Assembly: GCA_965230975.1 (NCBI GenBank)
Contig: OZ246402.1
Coordinates: 573,009 to 637,008, forward strand
DNA length: 64,000 bases
From: an uncultured Candidatus Saccharibacteria bacterium
Lineage (GTDB): Bacteria; Patescibacteriota; Dojkabacteria; J137
Reading direction: 5' to 3'
In this document: in pieces, positions 1 through 8,297 of the stretch
Numbering within the stretch: position 1 is the first letter of the stretch
Layout of the letters: each line of letters starts with the position of its first letter
Notes under the pieces: model-generated
Database searches by the model: none
Seen by the model: the letters and a program-made list of their open reading frames with translations, nothing else
What the model was told of the DNA's origin: nothing
Program-made: the position numbers and the translations under genes

Positions 1-110
1 TAAAGCATTTTGCATTTAAGAATATTAGCATGAGTATTCTATTTTTTGTAAAGGGAGATTTATTGCAAAATTGTTTTGGTTAAACTATAATTACCATACC
101 TCAATAATAT

Positions 111-313
111 GCGGGTATAGTATATCGGTTATTTAGAGTGTGCTTTTAAGCACTTAGAACAAGGCAATTACCTTGCTCGCAATAACCGAAGCTAGAACAT
201 TTAAAAAGTGCGGGTATAGTATATCGGTTATTATTTTAAAGTAGCTTTAGCTACGATAAGATTAAGTCAATTTCTGATAGAAAAAATAACCGTTAGCAGA
301 ACATTTAAAAAAC
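111..313 (+). repeat. Two tandem partial copies of the tRNA-Gly 5' end (111-133 and 210-232), each followed by a unique hairpin-containing insert and a conserved 29-nt element (181-209, 285-313)
   Basis: The 23-mer gcgggtatagtatatcggttatt occurs at 111, 210 and 314; the third copy is the start of the intact tRNA. The element aataaccgNNNNNagaacatttaaaaaNN is conserved before copies 2 and 3. Its 5' end aataaccg is complementary to tcggttatt in the repeat. Confidence 0.7.
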
Positions 314-385
314 GCGGGTATAGTATATCGGTTATTATGACAGTTTTCCAAACTGTAGAGGGGGGTTCGATTCCCCCTACCCGCT
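314..385 (+). tRNA. tRNA-Gly (anticodon UCC)
   Basis: Hand-folded cloverleaf: acceptor stem GCGGGTA/TACCCGC, anticodon stem ACAGT/ACTGT with loop TTTCCAA (anticodon TCC), T-arm GGGGG-TTCGATT-CCCCC, 4-nt variable loop. No encoded CCA; followed by a T-run. Confidence 0.8.
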
Positions 386-495
386 TTTTCTTTATTTCTT
401 CAATTCTGGCAATCATTTAGTTTATACTACTAACAGTCTGCTCGATCAGATTCTAAAAATGTAGTAAAATTTTCACAATATTTAGTAGTATTAAA

Positions 496-1251
496 ATGAA
501 TAAGTATAAATTGTTGGTTCTTGATGTAGATGGAACCCTAGTAAAAGACACTTCTCAAGTGATTTCACCTAGAGTTATTGAAGCAATAAAATCACTAACA
601 GGTAAAATAACTACTATTCTTTGCACTGGTAGATCACTTGAGGATCTAGATCAGATAATACCTTTATTAAATTTAGAGAATTCGTATAATGTAATTGAGA
701 GTGGGTCTTCGGTTCTAAGTCCTGGGTTAAATATTGAATTTGTACGCTCAGTTGATCTAATAGATGCAAAAAGAATGTTTAATCTTCAGGGTTCACTTAT
801 AAGTAATTTTAGTATTTGTGTAGATGGAAACTGGAGATATAGCCTGGACAATATAGGAGACAATAATCATATTACTACTGTGACCTTTTATTTTGACGAT
901 CCTTCTAAAAGTGACGAAGTAATTTCTTATTTTAATGAGTTCAAAGATAAATATCATATGGCAATAGGAACTCAGTGGGGAAATCCTGAGGGGAGACAAT
1001 TAATGATTACACATAAAGATGCATCTAAGGAGAAGTCTTTGGAGTATGTTCAAAATAAATTGGGGGTAACAATTGAAGAAACCGTATGTATTGGAGATAT
1101 GCCAAATGACTTGCCTATGTTCAGAAGATCTGGATTGAAGATTTGTATGGGAAATGGTGATCAAAAACTTAAAGATGCCTCAGACTTAATAGTAAAAAGT
1201 ATAGATGAAGATGGTGTGGCAGATGCAATAGAAAACTATATTTTGAAATAG
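496..1251 (+). CDS. HAD-IIB (Cof-type) phosphatase
   Basis: N-terminal DVDGTL motif I, GDMPND motif IV, cap domain of Cof size. Confidence 0.8.
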   Translation: MNKYKLLVLDVDGTLVKDTSQVISPRVIEAIKSLTGKITTILCTGRSLEDLDQIIPLLNLENSYNVIESGSSVLSPGLNIEFVRSVDLIDAKRMFNLQGSLISNFSICVDGNWRYSLDNIGDNNHITTVTFYFDDPSKSDEVISYFNEFKDKYHMAIGTQWGNPEGRQLMITHKDASKEKSLEYVQNKLGVTIEETVCIGDMPNDLPMFRRSGLKICMGNGDQKLKDASDLIVKSIDEDGVADAIENYILK

Positions 1252-1423
1252 TTGGTTCGAACTTCGTACACTAACCCGCTTTTCTACTAAGATCAATTTC
1301 ATTTAATTCCCACATCTTAATTAAACATCCAAGTCCATACTCTTTATATCTTGAACTAATCTAGTTATTTGCCCCACTAGTAGAGTACATGTTATCATCG
1401 GCTAATAAATTTGAAATATATTT

Positions 1424-2005
1424 ATGGATAGTCAAAATTTTACCCTTGCAATACGTACTAGGTTAGAATCTACCGAAGAGAGAAAAAAATCATGCAGTGA
1501 AAGGTATGATTATTATAGACTAAGGTTGATACCAACAGCACAGGCATTTTTAGCTTGTTTAGGAGCAGATGAACAAACAATACAAAGAATTAAGTCGTTA
1601 TTAGAAAATAGGGAATCGGGCATAAAGATGATTGAAATAGCCTCTTTATTAACTACAATGCAACATAAATTACCTAGATTACTACAATCAGCTTATAACC
1701 TAGACGAGAAGTTAGCTTACGAGGTGAAAGATGAGATATTGGAAGTATATGACAAGTTAATAGCTGCATTCACTGCATCTCAAGAATTAAAAAAATTTAC
1801 TAAGAATCCAGAAAAGATTAAATCAATTGTGAGGGCTTATTTACTTATACTATCAGCGTATAACGAGTTTATGAGTGAGATCCAATTAGCTCAATCATTA
1901 AATGAATTGGTACCAGGACTTGGAGAAAACTTTCTTAGTCATTACAATAATATTGTAGGTAAGATAGTAGGAACCATTCCACTTGGCGATGCTACAGAAG
2001 GATAA
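1424..2005 (+). CDS. hypothetical protein
   Basis: 193-aa ORF with no recognised motif. Confidence 0.45.
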   Translation: MDSQNFTLAIRTRLESTEERKKSCSERYDYYRLRLIPTAQAFLACLGADEQTIQRIKSLLENRESGIKMIEIASLLTTMQHKLPRLLQSAYNLDEKLAYEVKDEILEVYDKLIAAFTASQELKKFTKNPEKIKSIVRAYLLILSAYNEFMSEIQLAQSLNELVPGLGENFLSHYNNIVGKIVGTIPLGDATEG

Positions 2006-2132
2006 CCTCGCATAATGAAATTAATTTGGTTTAATAAGTTCTTCTAAGGGTATAGGTAACTAATGAGTAGATTATTATTATAATTGTTTCCATATTCTCG
2101 AAATAATATTCCCACTCCGCTATAATAATTGA

Positions 2133-2621
2133 ATGGAACTAATCCAAATAACAACACAAGACCTTGCACAAAAAGCTTCGGACTTTTTATCTACCTACAA
2201 TGCTTTTGAAGACTCGAAAGATTGGAACGAAGAAGAGGTAAGACATTTAGTAGAAACACCATTTAAAGCACTAGGAAACTTAGATTACTATGGGTGGATA
2301 ATGCTAGAAAATGAAAAAGTTATTGGATATATAGACTTAAGACGACACGAATTTGCGGATGGAGGATATTATTCTGATTGGTTCGCAGTTCATAAAGACT
2401 ATAGAGGAAAAGGTATAGGAAGCAATATGCTATCTGAAGTTGAAAAATTCGCAAAATCAATCAATGCAAGGTACATATTAATAGAAACAGGAGATATTGA
2501 TTTTTATATAAGAACAAGAAATTTCTACGAGAAGAACGGTTTTAAACAAGTTGGACATATTCCCGAATACTATTATAAAAATTGGGGAATGTATATTTAT
2601 CAAAAGATGCTAATAGTGTAG
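2133..2621 (+). CDS. GNAT family N-acetyltransferase
   Basis: Acetyl-CoA binding motif A (HKDYRGKGIGSNML), typical GNAT length. Confidence 0.75.
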   Translation: MELIQITTQDLAQKASDFLSTYNAFEDSKDWNEEEVRHLVETPFKALGNLDYYGWIMLENEKVIGYIDLRRHEFADGGYYSDWFAVHKDYRGKGIGSNMLSEVEKFAKSINARYILIETGDIDFYIRTRNFYEKNGFKQVGHIPEYYYKNWGMYIYQKMLIV

Positions 2622-2729
2622 AATATTGCTATAAATATAAACCAAGATTGGACAAGATTACCTCCCAAACCACAGCCTAACCCAAAGTATAGGTATGATT
2701 ATTCAAATGCTTCTTTAACACCTGAAGAA

Positions 2730-3065
2730 ATGAAAGAGTTTACTGAAATGGGAGGTATTAATGCATATCTATCTTATTGCCCAATCGAGATAAACCCATG
2801 GTCTAAAGATAAAGCGTCTAAAGAAATGAATAATGCTAATTTTTTAAAATATAGAAGATTGTACTTAATAGCAACCCACGCTGAAATGGACACTGATAAC
2901 TATAGATTAACCAAAGAGGAGTCAAAGAGATATTACGATATTATGATGGATCAAGGAAGCTCACCTGACGATCCAGATGATATATTATCGCAAGATTTGC
3001 AGTCAGAGTTTCATATTTTAGGTAGTATTCAAAAATTTCAAGCATTAGACGCTCTTGCTTGGTAA
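2730..3065 (+). CDS. hypothetical protein
   Basis: ORF only. Confidence 0.4.
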   Translation: MKEFTEMGGINAYLSYCPIEINPWSKDKASKEMNNANFLKYRRLYLIATHAEMDTDNYRLTKEESKRYYDIMMDQGSSPDDPDDILSQDLQSEFHILGSIQKFQALDALAW

Positions 3066-3174
3066 ATGTTTCTGCCAATCCCTTTCTATTTTTAAGCATA
3101 ACCACTAAACTCAACTTTACTAGATGCCTTTAAACTCCCAAGTTATAGTTAGTCATATTTATTAAATAATAACT

Positions 3175-3684
3175 ATGAATTTGGATAGCTTTTTTGGCGA
3201 ATGCTCAGCAGAACTAATAGAGCAAATAAAACAATATGATCAAATTTTCAGAGAAAGTGGTAATTTACCAACCAAAGAATGGGACCTCAAACTAAAAAAA
3301 GAGATGCAAACTGAATGCGACTTAATAGAATTTAGATTAAAAAGAGATTTGGGTATAGAAAAATTTGCCCAAATAAAGAGCATTATAGTTCAAAGAATAG
3401 ATGAAGAACTACTAGAATTAGTAATGCGAGTTCATAACAAAGAGGAGATAACGCCACAAGATAACTTGTTTTTGTTTAATTTAATCAATAAAGTTTATAA
3501 CTTGATTAATGAATTTGCAGAATCCGGAGGTCCCTATAGTACATACGAATATGATAGTCCCGAAAGTGATGCTTTAATTGTAGGTTACAGACTTCTAGTT
3601 AGTAAAACAAATTGGAGTTGTGAAGCAAAAATTAGTGATTTATTATGGAGTATTATCGAATTCCACGAACCTGATGAATCTTAA
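3175..3684 (+). CDS. hypothetical protein
   Basis: ORF only. Confidence 0.4.
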   Translation: MNLDSFFGECSAELIEQIKQYDQIFRESGNLPTKEWDLKLKKEMQTECDLIEFRLKRDLGIEKFAQIKSIIVQRIDEELLELVMRVHNKEEITPQDNLFLFNLINKVYNLINEFAESGGPYSTYEYDSPESDALIVGYRLLVSKTNWSCEAKISDLLWSIIEFHEPDES

Positions 3685-3745
3685 AATTCACTGGTACATC
3701 AAAAAAATAGGCTTTATAATAATCAATACTTCTTAGAACATTAAG

Positions 3746-4195
3746 ATGACAGAAATATTAGGTGTAACTGAAAGATATTTCCAATATCTACTAGATGAAG
3801 CAGAAAGATTATTAGAAGTTGGCGACTTCAAAGCTGTAGCTCTTCAAGTGCTTGTACCACATAATAATATGAGATCTGGTTGGACTCTTTATATAAGCCA
3901 AATGTACTACAATCCTGCAAACGAAGAGCAAAGACAAATGGTAGAAAGAATGAAAATAGTAATACTAAAAACTATACAGGGTATTATCCCCAATTTAAAA
4001 GCCTCAAGATCATGGTTTGACTTTGTTGAAATTGAATTTATTGCAAGACAACTTAGTAAACTCGGTAAAGAAGCACCTCGAGAACTTGTTAATCAAACAA
4101 GATCTTTAATACTAGAATCAGAAAGATTAGGCGCAAATAAGGATTTGGTATGGAAAGCTTTAAATTTATTACCATCAACTGAAACTGAAATATGA
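3746..4195 (+). CDS. hypothetical protein
   Basis: ORF only; stop overlaps the next start (ATGA). Confidence 0.4.
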   Translation: MTEILGVTERYFQYLLDEAERLLEVGDFKAVALQVLVPHNNMRSGWTLYISQMYYNPANEEQRQMVERMKIVILKTIQGIIPNLKASRSWFDFVEIEFIARQLSKLGKEAPRELVNQTRSLILESERLGANKDLVWKALNLLPSTETEI

Positions 4196-4383
4196 AAAAT
4201 ATACCTTTACCAAAAATTGGCGCACCGGCAACAAGGGCACTAAATTCAATAGGAATTTATAATTTAGAACAGCTAACTAAGTTTACAGAAAAAGAGATTA
4301 TGGATTTGCATGGAATGGGCCCAAAAGCTTTGGGAATATTAAAAGTAGAAATGCAAATAAATGGATTATCTTTTAAAATTTAA
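4192..4383 (+). CDS. small helix-hairpin-helix DNA-binding protein (RNAP alpha-CTD-like fold)
   Basis: 63 aa with the pattern LxxIGIxxLEQLxxxxEKEIxxLHGMGPKALGIL, typical of HhH/alpha-CTD domains. Confidence 0.45.
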   Translation: MKNIPLPKIGAPATRALNSIGIYNLEQLTKFTEKEIMDLHGMGPKALGILKVEMQINGLSFKI

Positions 4384-4420
4384 CTTTGCTATTCTATATA
4401 ATTACTATTAAATTAAAACT

Positions 4421-4774
4421 ATGCAATCTTTCAAAACAATAGATGAATACATTGCTCAATTTCCAAAAGATGTACAAGAAAAATTAGAAAAAATGAGAAA
4501 AGTAATTCACGAATCGGTACCAAACTTAGCTGAGGCCATATCTTACGGAATGCCTACATTTAAACTAAAAGGTAAAAATTTAGTTCACTTTGCAGCATAT
4601 AAAAGTCATATTGGATTTTACCCAACCCCAAATGGACTAGAAGCCTTTGCCCAAGATTTAAAAATGTACCAAACTTCTAAAGGTACAGCACAATTTCAGC
4701 TAACAGAGCCAATACCTTTTGATTTAGTAAAAAAGATAACTAAATTTAGAGCTGAACAAGTTTTGGCTAAGTAA
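4421..4774 (+). CDS. DUF1801 (YdhG-like) domain protein
   Basis: 117 aa; IDEYIAQ...PNLAEAISYGMPTFKLKGKNLVHFAAYKSHIGFYP matches the DUF1801 pattern. Confidence 0.55.
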   Translation: MQSFKTIDEYIAQFPKDVQEKLEKMRKVIHESVPNLAEAISYGMPTFKLKGKNLVHFAAYKSHIGFYPTPNGLEAFAQDLKMYQTSKGTAQFQLTEPIPFDLVKKITKFRAEQVLAK

Positions 4775-4875
4775 CAGTAGTGTCGCTGGTTGTATCTTCA
4801 AATTCTACCTCACTTTTCACTCAAAATTCACTATACGGTGATATAATAAAATTTTAGAGCCTTATAAAAATATTT

Positions 4876-6699
4876 TTGATTACTATCAATATGCAAACCA
4901 CATGGGATTTATCAAAGATTTACAATCCGGCGGCAACAGATAAAGATTTTGAGAAAGAGCTTCAAGAATACGAAACCTTGGTTATGGAATTTGTAAATAA
5001 GTGGAATCCTAAACTATCAAAGGGCTATAGAGATGATTACTTAAAAGACCCTAAAGTGTTAAAGATCGCCTTAGATGAATACGAAGAACTAGAACAAGAT
5101 TGGAAAGGTTTATCTAAGGTAAGCTATTACTATCATCTTGCAACCTCAATTGACCAACTTAATACAAAACTAAAAGCTAAAGAAAATAAAGTTCACGATG
5201 TTACTATTAGAATGGCAAATGAGATCCAGTTTTTTGGATTAAGAATTGCAAAAATCCCACAATCAACCCAAAAGAAATTTTTAAAAGATAAAAATCTAGC
5301 CCAATACCACCACTGGCTAGATTCTGCATTTAAAGAAGCTAAATATCTTTTGTCTGAACCAGAAGAGAAAATTATGACCTTAAAAGGTAAAGTTGCATAT
5401 TCTAACTGGACAAGGCTTGTTTCGGAACAAATTTCTAAAGCTGAAAGAGAGGTTTTAGATGAAGATGGGAACTTAGCTACTAAGTCTTTTAGCGATATTA
5501 TGGGTTTAATTGATAATAAAGATAAAAAAATCAGAGATAGGGCGGCCGAGGCGCTGAACGGCATTTTTGAAAGTGTGGTGGATATTGCCGAGGCCGAGCT
5601 GAATTCTATAATTGAAAATAAAAAGATCGATGATTCATTAAGAAAAATGAGTAGGCCGGATGAAAGCAGATTGGTGGGAGATGATATTGAACCAGAAGTT
5701 GTAGATGCGCTAAGAGATGTAGTTACTGCAAATAACGATATTGCTAAAGAGTTTTATAAATTAAAAGCTAAATTATTGGGTCAAGAAAAGTTAGCCTATC
5801 ATGAAAGAAATGTTCCTGTTGGAGATATAGATAAAAAATATACATTCGAAGAGAGCGTAGTAATAATAAAAAAAGTGTTTAAAGATTTAAATCCTGAATT
5901 TGAAAAGTTAGTTGATGAATTTTTAAAAGGTAGAGTAGATGTATATCCTAAAAAAGGTAAAGACAATGGTGCTTTTTGTAGCTTTGCTTTCAAAAAGTCA
6001 CAACCCTACATTATGCTTAACCATACAAACAGGTTAAATGATGTACTTACATTTGCTCACGAATTAGGTCATGGAATTCATTGTGAATATTTTAGTAAAA
6101 AGCAAAACGCTTTGAATTACGGTGCTTCAATGGCAACTGCAGAAGTTGCAAGTACTTTTATGGAAGATTTTGTTTTGCAAGAATTAGCTAAAGAAGCCGA
6201 TGACAAACTTAGATTTGCTATAAATATGATGAAATTAAACGATGATGTATCAACTATAATAAGGCAAATTGCTTGTTATAACTTAGAAATGGAGTTACAT
6301 ACAGAGTTTAAAAAAGTGGGTTACTTATCAAAAGAGGTTATTGGTCAAATATTCTTAAAACACATGAAAGATTATATGGGAGATTATGTAGAACAAAACA
6401 CCGGCAGTGAAAACTGGTGGGTTTACTGGTCTCATTTAAGATATTTCTTTTATGTTTATTCTTATGCTAGTGGTTTGTTAATTTCCAAAAGTTTGCAAAA
6501 TAGTGTAAAAAAAGACCCTAAGTTTATAAACAATGTGGTTAAATTCTTTGAAGCTGGAGAGTCAAAATCACCAAGAGATATATTTTTAGATTTAGGAATA
6601 GATATTGCTCAAAAAGAGTTTTGGCAAAAAGGTATGCAAGAGGTTAGAAGTCTACTTGAAGAAACAAAAGAATTAGCAATTAAATTAAAGTTAGTTTAA
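4876..6699 (+). CDS. pepF: M3B oligoendopeptidase F
   Basis: 607 aa; zinc-binding HELGH (FAHELGHGIH) at the usual position. Confidence 0.85.
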   Translation: MITINMQTTWDLSKIYNPAATDKDFEKELQEYETLVMEFVNKWNPKLSKGYRDDYLKDPKVLKIALDEYEELEQDWKGLSKVSYYYHLATSIDQLNTKLKAKENKVHDVTIRMANEIQFFGLRIAKIPQSTQKKFLKDKNLAQYHHWLDSAFKEAKYLLSEPEEKIMTLKGKVAYSNWTRLVSEQISKAEREVLDEDGNLATKSFSDIMGLIDNKDKKIRDRAAEALNGIFESVVDIAEAELNSIIENKKIDDSLRKMSRPDESRLVGDDIEPEVVDALRDVVTANNDIAKEFYKLKAKLLGQEKLAYHERNVPVGDIDKKYTFEESVVIIKKVFKDLNPEFEKLVDEFLKGRVDVYPKKGKDNGAFCSFAFKKSQPYIMLNHTNRLNDVLTFAHELGHGIHCEYFSKKQNALNYGASMATAEVASTFMEDFVLQELAKEADDKLRFAINMMKLNDDVSTIIRQIACYNLEMELHTEFKKVGYLSKEVIGQIFLKHMKDYMGDYVEQNTGSENWWVYWSHLRYFFYVYSYASGLLISKSLQNSVKKDPKFINNVVKFFEAGESKSPRDIFLDLGIDIAQKEFWQKGMQEVRSLLEETKELAIKLKLV

Positions 6700-6704
6700 T
6701 TAAT

Positions 6705-7166
6705 ATGGATAGATCATACGGCCCAGGGGGGATGCAAATTTCTAGACATTGGAGATTAAACAGTCAAAGATACGGTTTAGAAGGAGTAAGGTATCAAGAT
6801 GGAGGTGTAAGTTTGCAAAATAAAAGAAGTGTTGATTACTTGCCAATTAATCGCATAAAATTCCCAAGCGAGTTAACAGATATAGTTGCTCAAGAATTTA
6901 TGCTGTATCCAGAAGATGTAAAAATCCTATTAAATCTTTTGGCTAAATGCATAGAAAGTGGTTATTCGACTATCGAAGAAATTAGCAAAATGCCTTTCTT
7001 GCAAAGAAGAGGGTTAGATATAAACATTGAAGACTTAATAATTTTTTTAAGCGAGATTGGTATTTTAATGATTAATAATAGTAGTGAAGAAGGTTTGAGA
7101 ATATTGGCAGTTATTAATAATGTAGCGTTATCCGAACTTAGTGAAAATAAGCAGATAGAACCTTAA
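6705..7166 (+). CDS. hypothetical protein, translationally coupled to pepF
   Basis: ORF 6 nt after the pepF stop. Confidence 0.45.
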   Translation: MDRSYGPGGMQISRHWRLNSQRYGLEGVRYQDGGVSLQNKRSVDYLPINRIKFPSELTDIVAQEFMLYPEDVKILLNLLAKCIESGYSTIEEISKMPFLQRRGLDINIEDLIIFLSEIGILMINNSSEEGLRILAVINNVALSELSENKQIEP

Positions 7167-7260
7167 GTTAAAAATTTATTTATTCTAAACCGTTGTCTAA
7201 ATTTAAAGATGATAAGAAGCATTTTTAAAATTGTGAGCCAAATTGAAATTTTGTCATTAA

Positions 7261-7334
7261 GAAATTTCAATTTGTGGGCTAATTTCAAAATTCTCAAGTA
7301 AAAATTTTGAAATTGTAAGAAGTTTGTAAGATTT
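7261..7334. repeat. 74-bp conserved promoter-proximal element, copy 1 (second copy at 24451-24524)
   Basis: About 85% identical by eye to 24451-24524. Contains the hairpin aatttcaaaatt-N10-aattttgaaatt. An 11-bp inverted repeat aattgaaattt/aaatttcaatt sits just upstream at 7241-7272. Lies 35 bp upstream of the ABC ATPase start. Confidence 0.6.
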
Positions 7335-7368
7335 AAATTTTATAATTAAATATTTTAAAAAAAACAAT

Positions 7369-8292
7369 ATGATTCAACTAACAGATGTAATTAAAAAGTA
7401 TGGCGAATATACAGCTGTAAACAAACTAAGCTTAAAAATAGATAAAGGTGAAATTATAGGTTTGTTGGGTCCAAACGGTGCTGGTAAATCTACAACAATG
7501 AAAATAATGTCGGGCTATTTAATACCAGATTATGGAACAGTAACGATAGATGGAAAAGATTTTCAAACATCTGATGTAGACTTAAAAAGAATCATAGGCT
7601 ATATGCCAGAAAATAACCCATTATATAAAGAAATGAAGGTTAACGAAGCATTAAGATATGCAGCTGTATTAAACGGTGTAACCAATTTGAAAGATAGAAT
7701 GGATTTTGTAATAAAAGCAACCGCTATAGACGGTGTTTTAAAAAAAACAATAAATGAATTATCTAAAGGTTACAAACAAAGAGTTGGGTTAGCAATTGCA
7801 TTAATCCACGATCCAAAAATATTAATATTAGATGAGCCTACCGAGGGTTTAGACCCAAATCAAAGAAACGAAATTAGAAACTTAATAAAAGATTTAGGGC
7901 AAGAAAGAACTGTAATAATTAGCACACACGTACTTCAAGAGGTAGAAGCAATGTGCAACAGAATAATTATAGTTAATCAAGGTAATGTAGTTTTAGATGA
8001 TTCAAAAGAAAATATTTTAAAAAGAGCAGATTCTAATAGCGAGTTTGTTCTAACTATAAAAGCTTTAGAAAGTGATTTAGCCGATATAGAAAAAGATTCT
8101 AAAATTCACATAATCTCTAAAGAAAAATCAAAAGAAACAATTTCTTATATTCTAGTAGCAGATAATGTAGATGAATTTATCACGCTTGTTAATGTTTTAG
8201 TAAAAAAGAATAAAATATTAATTACAGAACTATCTAGAAAACAAAATAACCTAGAAGAGATATTTAGACAATTAACTATTAAAAATCAATAA
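7369..8292 (+). CDS. ABC transporter ATP-binding protein
   Basis: Walker A GPNGAGKST, signature LSKGYKQRVGLA, Walker B ILILDEPT. Confidence 0.85.
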   Translation: MIQLTDVIKKYGEYTAVNKLSLKIDKGEIIGLLGPNGAGKSTTMKIMSGYLIPDYGTVTIDGKDFQTSDVDLKRIIGYMPENNPLYKEMKVNEALRYAAVLNGVTNLKDRMDFVIKATAIDGVLKKTINELSKGYKQRVGLAIALIHDPKILILDEPTEGLDPNQRNEIRNLIKDLGQERTVIISTHVLQEVEAMCNRIIIVNQGNVVLDDSKENILKRADSNSEFVLTIKALESDLADIEKDSKIHIISKEKSKETISYILVADNVDEFITLVNVLVKKNKILITELSRKQNNLEEIFRQLTIKNQ

Positions 8293-8297
8293 TAAAT

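Noticed and set aside
100-340. Possible CRISPR array (three direct repeats with unique intervening sequence)
   Set aside because: There are only three copies. The repeat is the 5' end of a tRNA and continues into an intact tRNA. The unit is about 104 nt with non-identical conserved parts. No cas genes are present in the window.
793-999. Antisense or internal ORFs from the track (for example 793-999, 5193-5564, 5799-5993, 8555-8743, 10823-11227, 12045-12314, 29215-29502, 32279-32521, 37633-37956, 50597-51096)
   Set aside because: Each is fully embedded in a longer ORF on the opposite strand or another frame that has strong motif support, and none has recognisable motifs. These are compositional artefacts of AT-rich DNA.
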